Source: Octopus sinensis
Lineage: Eukaryota
Assembly (NCBI RefSeq): GCF_006345805.1
Contig: NC_043012.1
Span: 47,182,001-47,246,000 of the forward strand
DNA length: 64,000 nt
Reading direction: 5' to 3'
The notes under the pieces were generated by a model. The model was given only the letters and a program-made list of their open reading frames with translations, had not been told where the DNA came from and ran no database searches. Each line of letters starts with the position of its first letter. Position 1 is the stretch's first letter. This document shows, one piece after another, positions 28,265 to 40,215 of this stretch. Position numbers and translations under genes: made by a program.

Positions 28265-28735
28265 AGCAAATTTTTTTTCCACTAGAGTTCCGGACCCCAC
28301 TAATGAACTCATTTGCATACAGCCCATCAGAGCTCACCTTGACTTTGTTGTCAAGGTTATGCCTTATTTTAGGAGACAAGTAATTAGATGGATTTGCATC
28401 CATACATATTATATGATTTTTAGGGCCCAATATAGTAAAGGTGTGGATGGGAAAATGTGGGTAGAGGGTGATGTGCTATCAACCCTCTCCCCTTACTGTT
28501 TTACAAAGTAAACAACACAAATAACTACACAGAGGCAGCCATCGTTAAAACAAGAACCAGAACAACAAGCATTATTAAACGAGAAATGTAGCATTGTCAT
28601 TCCATACAGAAGTGACTTTATCTTATCGCCCATCATTTATGCGCCATAAATTAGTTTGATAGTTGAGCTCTGATTGGCTGTATGCAAAAGAGTTCATATC
28701 TGTGGTCCGGAAGTCTCGTGGGAAAAAAAGAATTT
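28265..28735. promoter_or_regulatory. Divergent pair of CCAAT/octamer/ETS-like modules (candidate bidirectional promoter)
   Basis: The reverse complement of 28265-28336 matches 28664-28735 at 50/58 nt in the core; ATTTGCAT at 28311 and 28392, ATTGG at 28673, CCGGAAGT at 28707, CpG-rich 28720-28815. Confidence 0.45.
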
Positions 28736-28888
28736 CGCGGGAGGGTGACAGACGGATGTCACCAGCCTGACGGGCGGCTGGCCGAAAAGAGGACGACAGT
28801 GATCACGCGGTAGGAGATAGAAGATGAAGAGGCAGAGGAAGTAAGGAATGGGTTAGAGGAGAAAAATCAGAGATACTAATGAATGAGA

Positions 28889-28923
<35 letters not shown>

Positions 28924-29188
28924 AAAAAAAGTACAAGGAAGGTAAGTGAGGAAGGAAAGCAAAGGGATTGAAGAATATGATTGAGGGAGAAAAGGGATAA
29001 GGGAATACGAGAGAGGGTAAATGAAATCGAAGGGACAGAGAAACGAGGGGTAGAGAGAGAGATTGAAATAGAGAGTGAAGCGGGTGAGCCTGTACATAAT
29101 ATTCAAGGGATATCTTTTTTAACAAAATAAACAAGTTGTAAGGAGCGGTGCATGGATAAAAAGAAACCATTAAATCACAACACACACA

Positions 29189-29250
<62 letters not shown>

Positions 29251-29478
29251 TGTATGAGTTAGATGTTAAGCAACCATCTAAGGGATAATAAATATCCAAT
29301 ATAATACTGGGTGTATACCTGCGTATTTATATCAAAGTGCTTACTATTGTATGGCAATATCCCGAATGAATACCAGGTATGGGTGGGTGTAAAACAGAAA
29401 TTTACCCAGGATTTATAAGGCAAATAAGAAAATGGAGAAGATAATCAATCGACAAGCATCAGCCTGTAAGCATTCGTT

Positions 29479-29611
29479 TATATCTATTTATTAATTGATT
29501 ACAATCATATGTATAAGTAATTAGAATAAGCAAATGAAATAAACGAACGTATTTCATTCGTTTATTGTATCACTTATACATATGATTGTAATCAATTAAT
29601 AAATAGATATA
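29479..29611. repeat. Inverted repeat with 40-bp perfect arms
   Basis: 29479-29518 versus 29572-29611; the spacer holds a nested AATAAACGAA/TTCGTTTATT hairpin. Confidence 0.9.
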
Positions 29612-29668
29612 ATTGAATGTTTATTGGCTGATATTTGTTGATTGTTTATCCTCTCCATTTCCTTATTG

Positions 29669-29708
<40 letters not shown>

Positions 29709-29785
29709 TCAAAATGTGACCGCGTGTGTACCGTTGGCGATTTTTTCCCTCTTTCTTCCCATCTCTAGATCTTTCCTTCTCCTAT

Positions 29786-29820
29786 GTTTCCGACGAAGAG
29801 CTCCGCTCGAAACGTTAGAC
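29786..29820 (+). ncRNA. Minimal hammerhead motif, U4C variant
   Basis: gttt CCGACGA A GAG ctccg CTC GAAAC GTT agac; sister of the canonical-core copy at 58151; host repeat 29711-29921. Confidence 0.6.
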
Positions 29821-29928
29821 CCTCCTTCTTTCCTTCTTTCCTGAGCGTCCAATAATACTATATTTGTTCTGCCCGTTCTCGCATTGTTTTGTTTTTGGTG
29901 CTTTCATGTTTGGATTAACTATATATAT

Positions 29929-29964
<36 letters not shown>

Positions 29965-29997
29965 CTTTATTTAAAGTAGCGGAAAATTCAACAAAAC

Positions 29998-30035
29998 CCG
30001 TTACTCTGAGATTCACGTCCCCGTTCGTCGGACAG
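29998..30035 (-). ncRNA. Hammerhead relic (U4C plus A15.1U)
   Basis: ctgt CCGACGA acg ggga cgt GAATC tcaga GTA acgg; shares the TCAGAGT stem III with 13492. Confidence 0.45.
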
Positions 30036-30244
30036 TTTTTGTTAGAGAAAGGTTCCCCACCCCCACCCCCACCCCAGCCGGAGATGGTGGAGCTTTAGGT
30101 GTTTTCGCTTTTTAAACACTCACGGTCTGAGAATCGAAACTGCGATCCTACGACCGCGAGTCCACTGCCCTAACCACTGGCACATTGCATTTCCACAATA
30201 TAATATATATCTGCTATATATGTGTGTGTACGTATATATATTTA

Positions 30245-31028
30245 TAAATTAACAATTGAGGATAAAATCTTTAAAAGAAATTATCAGTAGTCAGCGTGAA
30301 AAACCTCGTAAGAGAAAAAATCCGTAAATTCTTCCTCTTTGAAAATATTCATTTATATTATACTGAGGGTACTACTATTCGTAGATACCCACACGCTAAG
30401 AGGGACCAATGCGGTCAAAACTACTAAAAATAAACAAAATTTTACCGAATGCAAAACTTCAAAACACATCATTTTAAAAAGAATTCAGTTACATATCACA
30501 TGTGATTTCGCATTAATGCAGAATATGCATTTCATGTTCATCAGTGCAACAAACTCAAGAAATATAAGAGAAAAACATAACATTACAAGCTCGATAGCCA
30601 ACCGTAGAATTCGTCGTAGCATGTACGAATGTTTATCTTTACATATCTATGAAAATGGCGGGCTTATTCGCAATGCATTTCGGTAACAAATTGTCTAGTC
30701 GGAATAAAAATTCAGTATTGAACTATTCCGGTGAAAAATATAAATTAACAATTGAGGATAAAATCTTTAAAAGAAATTATCAGTAGTCAGCGTGAAAAAC
30801 CTCGTAAGAGAAAAAATCCGTAAATTCTTCCTCTTTGAAAATATTCATTTATATTATATTAAGGGTACTACTATTCGTAGATACCAACACGCTAAGAGGG
30901 ACAATGCGGTCAAAACTAAAAATAAACAAAATTTTACCGAATGCAAAACTTCAAAACACATCATTTTAAAAAAATTCAGTTACATATCACATGTGATTTC
31001 GCATGGTAACATGTGATTTCGCGTGGTA
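30245..31028 (-). mobile_element. HHR-bearing partial tandem element (496-bp unit plus ~265-bp partial copy)
   Basis: CAATTGAGGATAAAATC at 30253 and 30749; the second copy ends at ~31004 inside the HHR. Confidence 0.8.
30488..30550 (-). ncRNA. Type I hammerhead ribozyme with A10.1-C11.1 mismatch
   Basis: gttgca CTGATGA acat...atgc GAA ATCACATGTGAT A tgtaac; 12-nt palindromic stem III, 6-bp stem I. Confidence 0.7.
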
Positions 31029-31031
31029 ATA

Positions 31032-31120
<89 letters not shown>

Positions 31121-31741
31121 ATATGTATATACACTATGATCACTGGTGATCTAAACGAGTAGGTACGCTGAGTAGGTGCTATAATTGGTCATCAGTTAGA
31201 TTCCAAGTTAATCGCTGAGGCTGGAGCTAGGGATCCCTATTAGGATTCCGAGTTAGCAGATATATATTATATTGTGGAAATGCAATGTGCCAGTGGTTAG
31301 GGCATTGGACTCGCGGTCGTAGGATCGCAGTTTCGATTCCAAGACCGTGAGTGTTTATTGAGCGAAAACACCTAAAGCTCCGCGATCTCCGGCTGGGGTG
31401 GGGGTGGGGAACCTTTCTCTACTCTTTCACCATCACTTTCTTCCACGTTTTCTTCCGGTTCCTCTTGTACCTGTATATTGAAAGGGACAGTCTTGTCACT
31501 CTCAGTGTCATGCTGAATCTCCCTGAGAACTACGTTAAGGGAACACGTTTCTATGGAGTGCTCGGCCACTTCACGTTAATTTCACGAGCAGGCTGCTCCG
31601 TTGCTCTGATCAACTGGAACCCACGTCGTCGGAACCGACGGAGTGCCACGATAATATATTAGAGGAAAAAGGACAAGAACCAACGCAGGACCGGTATCTC
31701 AAATCATTTAAAATAGCTGATTAATGTAAGGTGAATTTGTA

Positions 31742-31805
31742 ATCTTACAGCTGATTCTGGGATATTCCCGAATATCCGTACACCGGGTATTCCATCATCA
31801 GAGAC
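31742..31805 (-). ncRNA. Hammerhead relic (A15.1U)
   Basis: gtct CTGATGA tgg...cca GAATC AGCT GTA agat. Confidence 0.5.
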
Positions 31806-32748
31806 AATGTGAGTATATATGAAAGGTCTAGACAGGGAAATTCACACTCTATAACACATAAAATACTGAATAAAATAATGAACAAAATAATAGGTAGACG
31901 AATAAGCAGTAAAGCAGTGCATAGAATGCAGACAGGAGAATAAAGTTCACAGTTTATCCTCTTCCTGGGAGTATGGAAGTTGGTCCGTATTTCGTAAAAG
32001 TAAGGCCCTTAGGTATAGTCCCAGGTAAATCCAGGCAGTATTTTGGCAGTGTTTTGAATGTTGTGTACATGTTGAAATAGAATTAACTTGTTAGATAGTA
32101 TGAAAATGGTCCACTTGCGTATAAAGAGTGAGAAAGACAGGCATTATGATAGACAGACACGGGTTGCGAGTGACTGAATGGAGGAGAGAAGAAAAAGGAA
32201 AGAAAAGAAAGGAATGGGACAGGTGTGGGAAAGAATGAATGAGGGCGAAAGTAAAATATAATTTTTGAAAATTCTTCGTAATGGATAAAAGGATAAAAGT
32301 TCAGACGTTAAGGCTTTTTTTAACGTGGAGGAGGAAGGCATTTATGTCTGTTAATTGAATAGGTTACGTATGATCAGAAGGATAATTTAGTTCAACGGTC
32401 AGTAGGGAGAGCTAAAAATAGAGGCTAGCAATTAAATGAATGAAGAATAAAAATTAAAGAAAACAAATTGAAAATCTTGTAGATTTACAAATAAAAATTC
32501 AAAATTGAAAATTAAATAATTGAAGAGGTAAAAATGATTATTGCAGCTAGCTAACGTCTAAGAAAATTGTTATAGAGAAGGCAAAAAAGTCCGTCCGGGT
32601 ACTTATCGATGAGATTACGTACGTGTGTGTGTGTGTGTTTGTGCGTGTGTATGTATATACCAGATATATACGTATGCTTGTAGGTATAATGTATACGTTT
32701 GTGAGAGTATTACGTTTAAGTAAGCATGTATGCATGTATATATATATG

Positions 32749-32791
<43 letters not shown>

Positions 32792-33274
32792 AGAGAGAGA
32801 GAGAGAGAGAGAAAGAGTGAGAGGGAGATAGATAGATGTAAAGGAGAGTAAGTGAAGATACGCAGGTAGATATACAGGTTTCTTTTGAGAGGTTAATAGA
32901 CTCGTTTTCATTATCTCATTGAACAGGATTTTCTCTGACGCATCTTTTGCAATTTATCTCCCCATATAGTCATTGAATCATTTACATTCCTTCATATATC
33001 CCTCTGTGCAACTACGTATTGAGGCAATGCATATATTGTGTGTTTTTAGAAGTAATTTCCGTTATTTTAAATACTGTCAGTAACACACACACACACAAAC
33101 ACACACCCTCACACTGATGATATTAACACAAATAGACACACATGCGACGTACTGGTTCGCATAATATATGTGCGTCTGTGTGTATCTGCGTGCATTATAT
33201 GTATGTATGTATGTATCTATCATACTATATCTCTATAATATATACATATTCATTTATTTATATACATATATATG

Positions 33275-33321
<47 letters not shown>

Positions 33322-33417
33322 TTATATACGTATATATATATATATATATATAAAACATTATTGGTGAATTGAAGAAATGGAGCTGAACGCAGATTGAACA
33401 GAAATCGTTTTATTTCA

Positions 33418-33497
33418 TTCTACACGTGTTTCGAAAGGCACAAATTACCAAAATCCGATTGAATAATGGGACCATATTGTGTCTTTCTCTTCAGGAA
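33418..33497 (-). ncRNA. Type I hammerhead ribozyme (left arm)
   Basis: ttc CTGAAGA gaaag a cacaa...ttgtg c ctttc GAAAC ACGT GTA gaa. Confidence 0.8.
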
Positions 33498-33688
33498 GAA
33501 AAAGGAAATCCGTTGGAAAAACAAAACAGAACAGAGGCAGAGCAAAAAACAAATCGAACTGTGCTCCTAAGAGCCCATGGCGAAACATGGCGAAAGAGTT
33601 TCGCCATGGGCTCTTAGGAGCACAGTTCGATTTGTTTTTTGCTCTGCCTCTGTTCTGTTTTTGTTTTTCCAACGGATTTCCTTTTTTC

Positions 33689-33767
33689 TTCCTGAAGAGA
33701 AAGACACAATATGGTCCCATTATTCAATCGGATTTGGTAATTTGTGCCTTTCGAAACACGTGTAGAA
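33689..33767 (+). ncRNA. Type I hammerhead ribozyme (right arm)
   Basis: Same motif on the plus strand; CTGAAGA 33692-33698, GAAAC 33753-33757, GTA 33762-33764. Confidence 0.8.
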
Positions 33768-33980
33768 TGAAATAAAACGATTTCTGTTCAATCTGCGTTC
33801 AGCTCCATTTCTTCAATTCACCAATAATGTTTTAATTTCAATTATCCGCACCAACGCACGGTTGCAACGCCAGATGGTTGTACCTCCAACCGTGCTGTTC
33901 ACTGCTGTGATTTTTGCTACTAAGGTATCGGTTAAACTTTTGATTAATCCACTACAAGATTATTCATCTTTCTATTTCAC

Positions 33981-34017
<37 letters not shown>

Positions 34018-34106
34018 ATATATATATATATATATACATACATATATATGTATATATACATATATACGTATATATAAACATATATGTATGTGTATCAATA
34101 TATATA

Positions 34107-34146
<40 letters not shown>

Positions 34147-35436
34147 GCATATAGACATTTACATTTATATATACATACTCATGTGTGTATGTGAATGAAT
34201 GTGCTTATGGAAAGAAAGAATTAAAGAGAGACAGGCACAGAAATGCACATTTCTCATACATAATTGGAGAGTGAAAAATATATACACATGCACATATGCA
34301 CAAGTTCAATCTCACAAACAATCAATGTTGAATGCACATAAAAAGTAACAAGTGAAATATTCCAACAGAAATGTAACTAAATAGCCATGCATTCGCATAC
34401 ACTTACACATGCTGGCGCTTGTATGCTTCTATATAAGCATGCAGGTAGGTACACGTACAAATATAAATGCTCTAGTACATACGTACCATAGCAATAAGCA
34501 GTTCAGCGTAGGAATCACGTACGCTGATACGCTTTTGTGGTTAGACAATTTAATCAGAATACAAAGAGATCAAAGGGAAATCTATTGACCCAAAAGCGAT
34601 ACAATGATACAATTGATTGCATTTCTAAAAACGAATATGGAGAATTGTAGATGAAAAGAGCAAAAGACAAACAGAGAGGAGAATAAACTATTGTGTAGAT
34701 TGGCATGAGGGAGAAATAAAGAAGAAAACAACGTCATAAATTGCAAGAGAATTCTGAAATCTGAAAAGAACAAGAAAGAAAAAATATAAACAGGGTTAGA
34801 TATAATGAATATAAGAACGATCCACAATTCATATCCTGCCGCTGGGTTAAACAGAGAAAATATTGGAATAAATGATGTATATATATTTTTATGTATATCA
34901 AAACTAATCATAAGAGCAAAATATATTCATTGGAATATGAGTACAAAATCATTAAAATGTTCATACATAACGCTGAGCCATTCATTTATATACACTCAGA
35001 CAGAAAAGCACACACATAAACCGTACATGCAAACATATACACATCAGTCTAGCTATTCTGTGTATTTGAGTGTGTACGTATATTCAGAGGTGTTTACACT
35101 CATACACTGGCATGTATACATACATATGTACACATGCATACACATGCATATATACACACATACACATGCACACACACATACACCCGCGCACACACACACG
35201 CACATACATACGCTATTTTACTTGTTTCAGTTATTTGACTGCGGTCACGCTGGAGCACCGCCTTTAGTCGAGCAAATCGACACCAGGATTTATTCTTTAT
35301 AAGCCTAGTACTTATTCTATCAGTCTCTTTTGCCGAACCGCTTTACGAAGCTGGTGTGTTTATGGGGACGTAAACACACCAGCTCCGGTTGTCAAGAGAT
35401 GTCGGGGGCACAAACACAGACACACAAACACACATG

Positions 35437-35476
<40 letters not shown>

Positions 35477-35533
35477 AACCATGTGATTGGTGAGCAAGCT
35501 ACTTACCACACAGCCACTCCTGCGCCTATATAT

Positions 35534-35570
<37 letters not shown>

Positions 35571-35887
35571 CTACATCAGTTTTGTATTTCGTTTGTAAGA
35601 TTCTCGGTGTCAATTCGTGTGTTGAAGTAAACCTTTTGTGTCTTGGGAGGGTCATAAGAAAGACAGAAAACGATTCATTGATTTACCAACACATCCAACA
35701 AAGCATTAGGTTGTCAGATATTAGATATTTGACACATTGACTAACAATAAAGGAGTCATTTGACCCAATGCGTCTGTTTATTATTACTGGCGTTATGACG
35801 CTCCCAACACCCAATGCTATGTATATTTACTTATATTTATTTACTTGTACACACACTCATGTACACACACACACACCACACACACAC

Positions 35888-35918
<31 letters not shown>

Positions 35919-35933
35919 GTATATATTATATAT

Positions 35934-35969
<36 letters not shown>

Positions 35970-36569
35970 TTGTACAAATACGTAGAGGCACTGAGAGAAT
36001 GAGATATAGAGAGAGAGAGAGGATGGGAGAGGGATAAAGACAAGAATGTTGCTCATATGCATGAAACAAAATAAGCTCTGATGAAGGTCTCCCTTTCCTC
36101 GTGATGATGACAAAACTGCAATGAATGGCGTATAGATAGATCTCACATATTGCCAGAATAAAAACTTCAGGCATCACGTCCGACCGCCAATATTTCCATT
36201 AATTCATGAGGCTGGACTACTCCTTTGTACTAACTATTTGTTATATGACCCCCTTCGGTCATGAATAACCATGGAATTGCACCTAGAAAGTTACCATCCG
36301 AAGTACAAGTCCGGCAGTCGCCTATGCATACCGGCCTTCCCCCTCCACGCCACCAGTGTTATTCAAGGGAAAGGCAAAGGCCGATACAGCTTGGTACCAG
36401 TGATGGGTACTGCAACTCATTTCTACAGCTGAGTGAACTGGAGCAACGTGAAATAAAGTGTCTTTCTCAAGAACACAACAGGCAGCCCGGTCCGGGAATC
36501 GAACGGACTACTTCACGATCGTAAGCTCGACGTTCTAACCACTGAGCCATGCACCTTCGCATATGTATG

Positions 36570-36605
<36 letters not shown>

Positions 36606-36636
36606 ATATATTATATATATATATATAATATATATA

Positions 36637-36687
<51 letters not shown>

Positions 36688-36892
36688 ATATATATAATAT
36701 ATATATATATTATATATATATAAAAACAAATTCAAAATGCGATAAATAAAATTAATTATTTTCGCTGGTGTTTCTAGCACCGGCCATGTATTATTCATAT
36801 ATAAGTAGATTAAAGCCGAAGTATGTACTAGAAACACAGAAGCTTGATAAATTTAGTGAAATGAAGATAAAAACTTTTACTAACTCTGTTCA

Positions 36893-36972
36893 TCTTAGAC
36901 TGCAGTTTCGCCTTGTTCAGCAAAAAAATATAAATTTAATATTTATTTACTCAGGTAGGCTCTTCGGTAAGA
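36893..36972 (-). ncRNA. Hammerhead motif, U4C variant (copy 1)
   Basis: tctta CCGAAGA gcct...aggc GAAAC TGCA GTC taaga. Confidence 0.65.
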
Positions 36973-37297
36973 ATCCTGTTATTATGAAGGGCAACTCGAT
37001 AGACACATGTGCGTCTAATAATTTGCTCTTTCTAACTAATCAGATCACTGCGCAGACGCAGAACGAACCCGACAAAATAGGGATTTCTGGTATATAGTCT
37101 AACGCTCAAAATTTATCGAGAAATATGTAAACAAATTCAAAATGCGATAAATAAAATTAATTATTTTCGCTGGTGTTTCTAGCACCGGCCATATATTATT
37201 CATATATAAGTAGATTAAAGCCGAAGTATGTACTAGAAACACAGAAGCTTGATAAATTTAGTGAAATGAAGATAAAAACTTTTACTAACTCTGTTCA

Positions 37298-37377
37298 TCT
37301 TAGACTGCAGTTTCGCCTTGTTCAGCAAAAAAATATAAATTTAATATTTATTTACTCAGGTAGGCTCTTCGGTAAGA
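37298..37377 (-). ncRNA. Hammerhead motif, U4C variant (copy 2)
   Basis: Identical to copy 1, 405 bp away. Confidence 0.65.
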
Positions 37378-37829
37378 ATCCTGTTATTATGAAGGGCAAC
37401 TCGATAGACACAGGTGCGTCTAATAATTTGCTCTTTCTAACTAATCAGATCACAAGTTTGGACAGAATTATCATTTTTATAAGATCATAAGACGGATCAT
37501 ATCTGAAAGTTGATCCTGGTGTTTTGAAGAACGAACTTGTAAGTGGTCTATATCTGAGAGCTGGCAGAAACGTTAGCGCGCCGGACGAAATGCTTAGCGG
37601 TATTTCGTCTGCCGTTGCGTTCTGAGTTCAAATTCCGCCGAGGTCAACTTTGCCTTTCATCCTTTCGTGGTCGATAAATCAAGTACTAGTTACGCACTGG
37701 GGTCGATGTAATCGACTTAATACCTTTGTCTGTCCTTGTTTGTCCCCTCTATGTTTAGCCCCTTGTGGGCAATAAAGAAATATATTGGACTTGTGTGTTA
37801 TCTGGTGTGCTAACCCTTATTTTATTGAT

Positions 37830-38182
37830 TCAGCACTAGGTGCTGCAGCAAGTTTTTACTCATCTTGCGAAAGTGCCATCTACCTTTTCTCTTGAGACTC
37901 CACCTGACGTGCTGCGGCATTGACTTGCTGATCTTGAGAAAGTCTCACCCCACTTCTTTCTTGAGACTCAATTTGATGTGCTTCAACGTGCCTTTACTGG
38001 TCTTGAGAAAGTGACATAATCCTTCTTTCATGGGACTCCATCACATGTACTGCAGCACGCTCTTGCTGATGTTTAGAAAGTCTCATGTCCCTTATCTCTT
38101 AAGTCTCTCGCCTTCAGTTTTCTGCACTCATCCTTGCTTTATAGGAGTTTTGGGGGGGATTATGGTTTTTCTTTGGTGACAT
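37830..38182 (-). pseudogene. Helitron-type N-terminal STPR-like 23-aa repeat relic
   Basis: One frame: MSPKKNHNPPQNSYKARMSAEN*RRET*EIRDM RLSKHQQERAAVHVMESHERRIM SLSQDQ*RHVEAHQIESQERSGV RLSQDQQVNAAARQVESQEKR*M; 69-bp period. Confidence 0.6.
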
Positions 38183-39325
38183 ATCTTTTTCTATATTTTA
38201 AACAAAGAATTACGAACATAGAAAAAAAATAAACATTAATCGCTATTTTAGTACCCAGTATGTAGTATGTCTATATTTTTGTATGCAGTGTAAATTAATA
38301 AAATATAAGTAAATTGCAGATACCTTGCAACCTTGCAACTGCTGCGATAATTATGAACTGTTAATTGAACGGTAGATGTGTATTTTTATATGAGTTGGAC
38401 CTTCCATTTTTGTCAAGAGTTTCACCTCCAGCCGTTCTCGTTACATATGTATATGTATGCGTAGGTGTAATAACGTACATTACGGTCATACAAACACACA
38501 CACACACACACACTCAGAGACACATACATATTCATAAACAAAATGTGAAGATACGCACACATAACTATCGCATATAGTCACATACATATAGTAAGAGAAT
38601 CACATACAGACATACATTCACACATGTCAGTCGTTACATGTGTATATGTATGTGTAGATGTGTGTGTGTATGTTTAATAACGTACACAACGCGGAACCAC
38701 ACACAGAGCCGAAGAGCCATATACACTCATACACGCGCATGCATACACGTGCACACATACGCGCGCACACATACACGCACACACATAGACACGCACACAT
38801 AAACGCGCACACATACACGTGCACACATACACGCGCACACATAAACGCGCACAAATACACTCAGAGACACATACACCTATATATGTGGTTTCGTCATTAT
38901 CGTGGTATAAAATTTCTTTTGCTCTCTCGTATGTATCGAACGCGCAAACGCACAGGCGAAAGTGAATGAATAAAATTGACAGAATAAAAGTAAAACAGTA
39001 TTATCTCACACAAGGACAGAAAAAAATTCCATTTCAGTGTATAGAGCTTGTGAAGAAAATAGCCCGGGTGAAAAAGCTTGAGCTACACATGAACGCTCAG
39101 TGGCGTGGCTGAATTCTCATTGGTTAGTAATGAAGGCTTATCGTCTGTATCACAACGGTTTTCGATAGAGGGAGAAATGTAAATGACGTATTTAAATAGA
39201 CGAAGCGCAAAAAAACAATTAAATACGTAAAGTCTGTACAAAAATCGTGAAGACAAAAGATATTTACACACACCAAAATTGAAATGCACTGAAGTCAAAT
39301 CTTCAGTGAGAGAAAGAGAGAGAGG

Positions 39326-39357
<32 letters not shown>

Positions 39358-39727
39358 ATGAAAGAAACAAGCATAGACATAACGAGAGGAAGTATTGCAG
39401 TGAGAAAAAGACATAAATAAGCAGAGAGGGAGAGAGAGAGAGAGATAATCGCTTAAAAACTGCAGAAGTCAAAGAGAGAGAATCGGTTGAAAACTGCAGT
39501 TTTTAGAGAAAAACTCATGTGAAACACCTTTTTTTCTTGTCGGCTTCTTGCATTATGCAGAAGCTCGGGGCAAAATGTTATAGTGCATGACCATCTTGGC
39601 ACATAACTAATGTGTGTGTAAAGTTTGGTGAAAATCGGTTGAGAACCGTAGAAATGCATACGTACTAAGCATACAAGGCTCAGACATAGACACACACGCA
39701 CACACACACACACACTGACAACGTATG

Positions 39728-39767
<40 letters not shown>

Positions 39768-39799
39768 GATGACAATTTTGCTGCACTTTCACAGGAAAT

Positions 39800-40215
39800 C
39801 ACGGCCTAAACAACCAGGACAATGAAACAGTTTTATCAAACGCATATATCAAGACCAGCAGTCTACATACCTAGACTAATATTTTGTTTTATCGAAAGCA
39901 GATGTCGAATCACAAAGATGACTTTTGTATGGTACTTCCTTGACGATAAGCTCTCCAGAGCTTATCAACTTGTTTGTGTCCTTTTCATGCCTCATAACTT
40001 TCTATGCTTCATCCAAAATCTAATTCCTACTGTTTTTATTTTCTTCTTCCCAGAACGCCTTTGGCTACATTCTGGTATAATTCCAGTGCAATATTCCGCG
40101 TACCATTGATATCTATAATTTCATCTATTGCTTCAAACAGTACAAATTTATTCGGATATTCAATTACCAATTCCTCTTTAATTCATCTTCAAATAAATTT
40201 ATGCTAACTGAGCAA
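39800..40215 (-). mobile_element. LINE (RTE-like) linker-region relic
   Basis: Stop-riddled peptide ..LYQNVAKGVLGRRK*KQ.. resembles the APE-RT linker A..VLG.RK.K. Confidence 0.3.

Larger units (their letters stand above)
33351..33834. repeat. 484-bp near-perfect palindrome (~237-bp arms, 11-bp spacer)
   Basis: Arms differ only by two 1-bp homopolymer indels; spacer ATGGCGAAAGA (33587-33597); left end abuts (TA)n. Confidence 0.97.
36724..37453 (-). mobile_element. HHR-bearing partial tandem element (405-bp unit plus ~325-bp copy)
   Basis: 36731 aligns to 37136 (offset 405) with only 2 substitutions seen; 3-prime end on the minus strand abuts (TA)n at 36560-36722. Confidence 0.9.

Noticed and set aside
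27770-28430. Two-exon minus-strand model MDANPSNYLSPKIRHNLDNKVK/KLNAFSLSRW
   Set aside because: Splice sites are plausible but the peptide is unrecognisable, and the donor falls at the edge of the inverted module
28250-28900. snRNA or histone gene near the octamer sites
   Set aside because: No U1, U2, U4, U5 or U6-like sequence and no histone ORF seen on either strand
33426-33775. Mirror-image ORFs on both strands
   Set aside because: A consequence of the palindrome; no coding signal
36768-37490. Duplicated 105-109-aa ORF MFLAPA...
   Set aside because: GTG start, antisense to the ribozyme unit, no recognisable domain; duplicated only because the unit is
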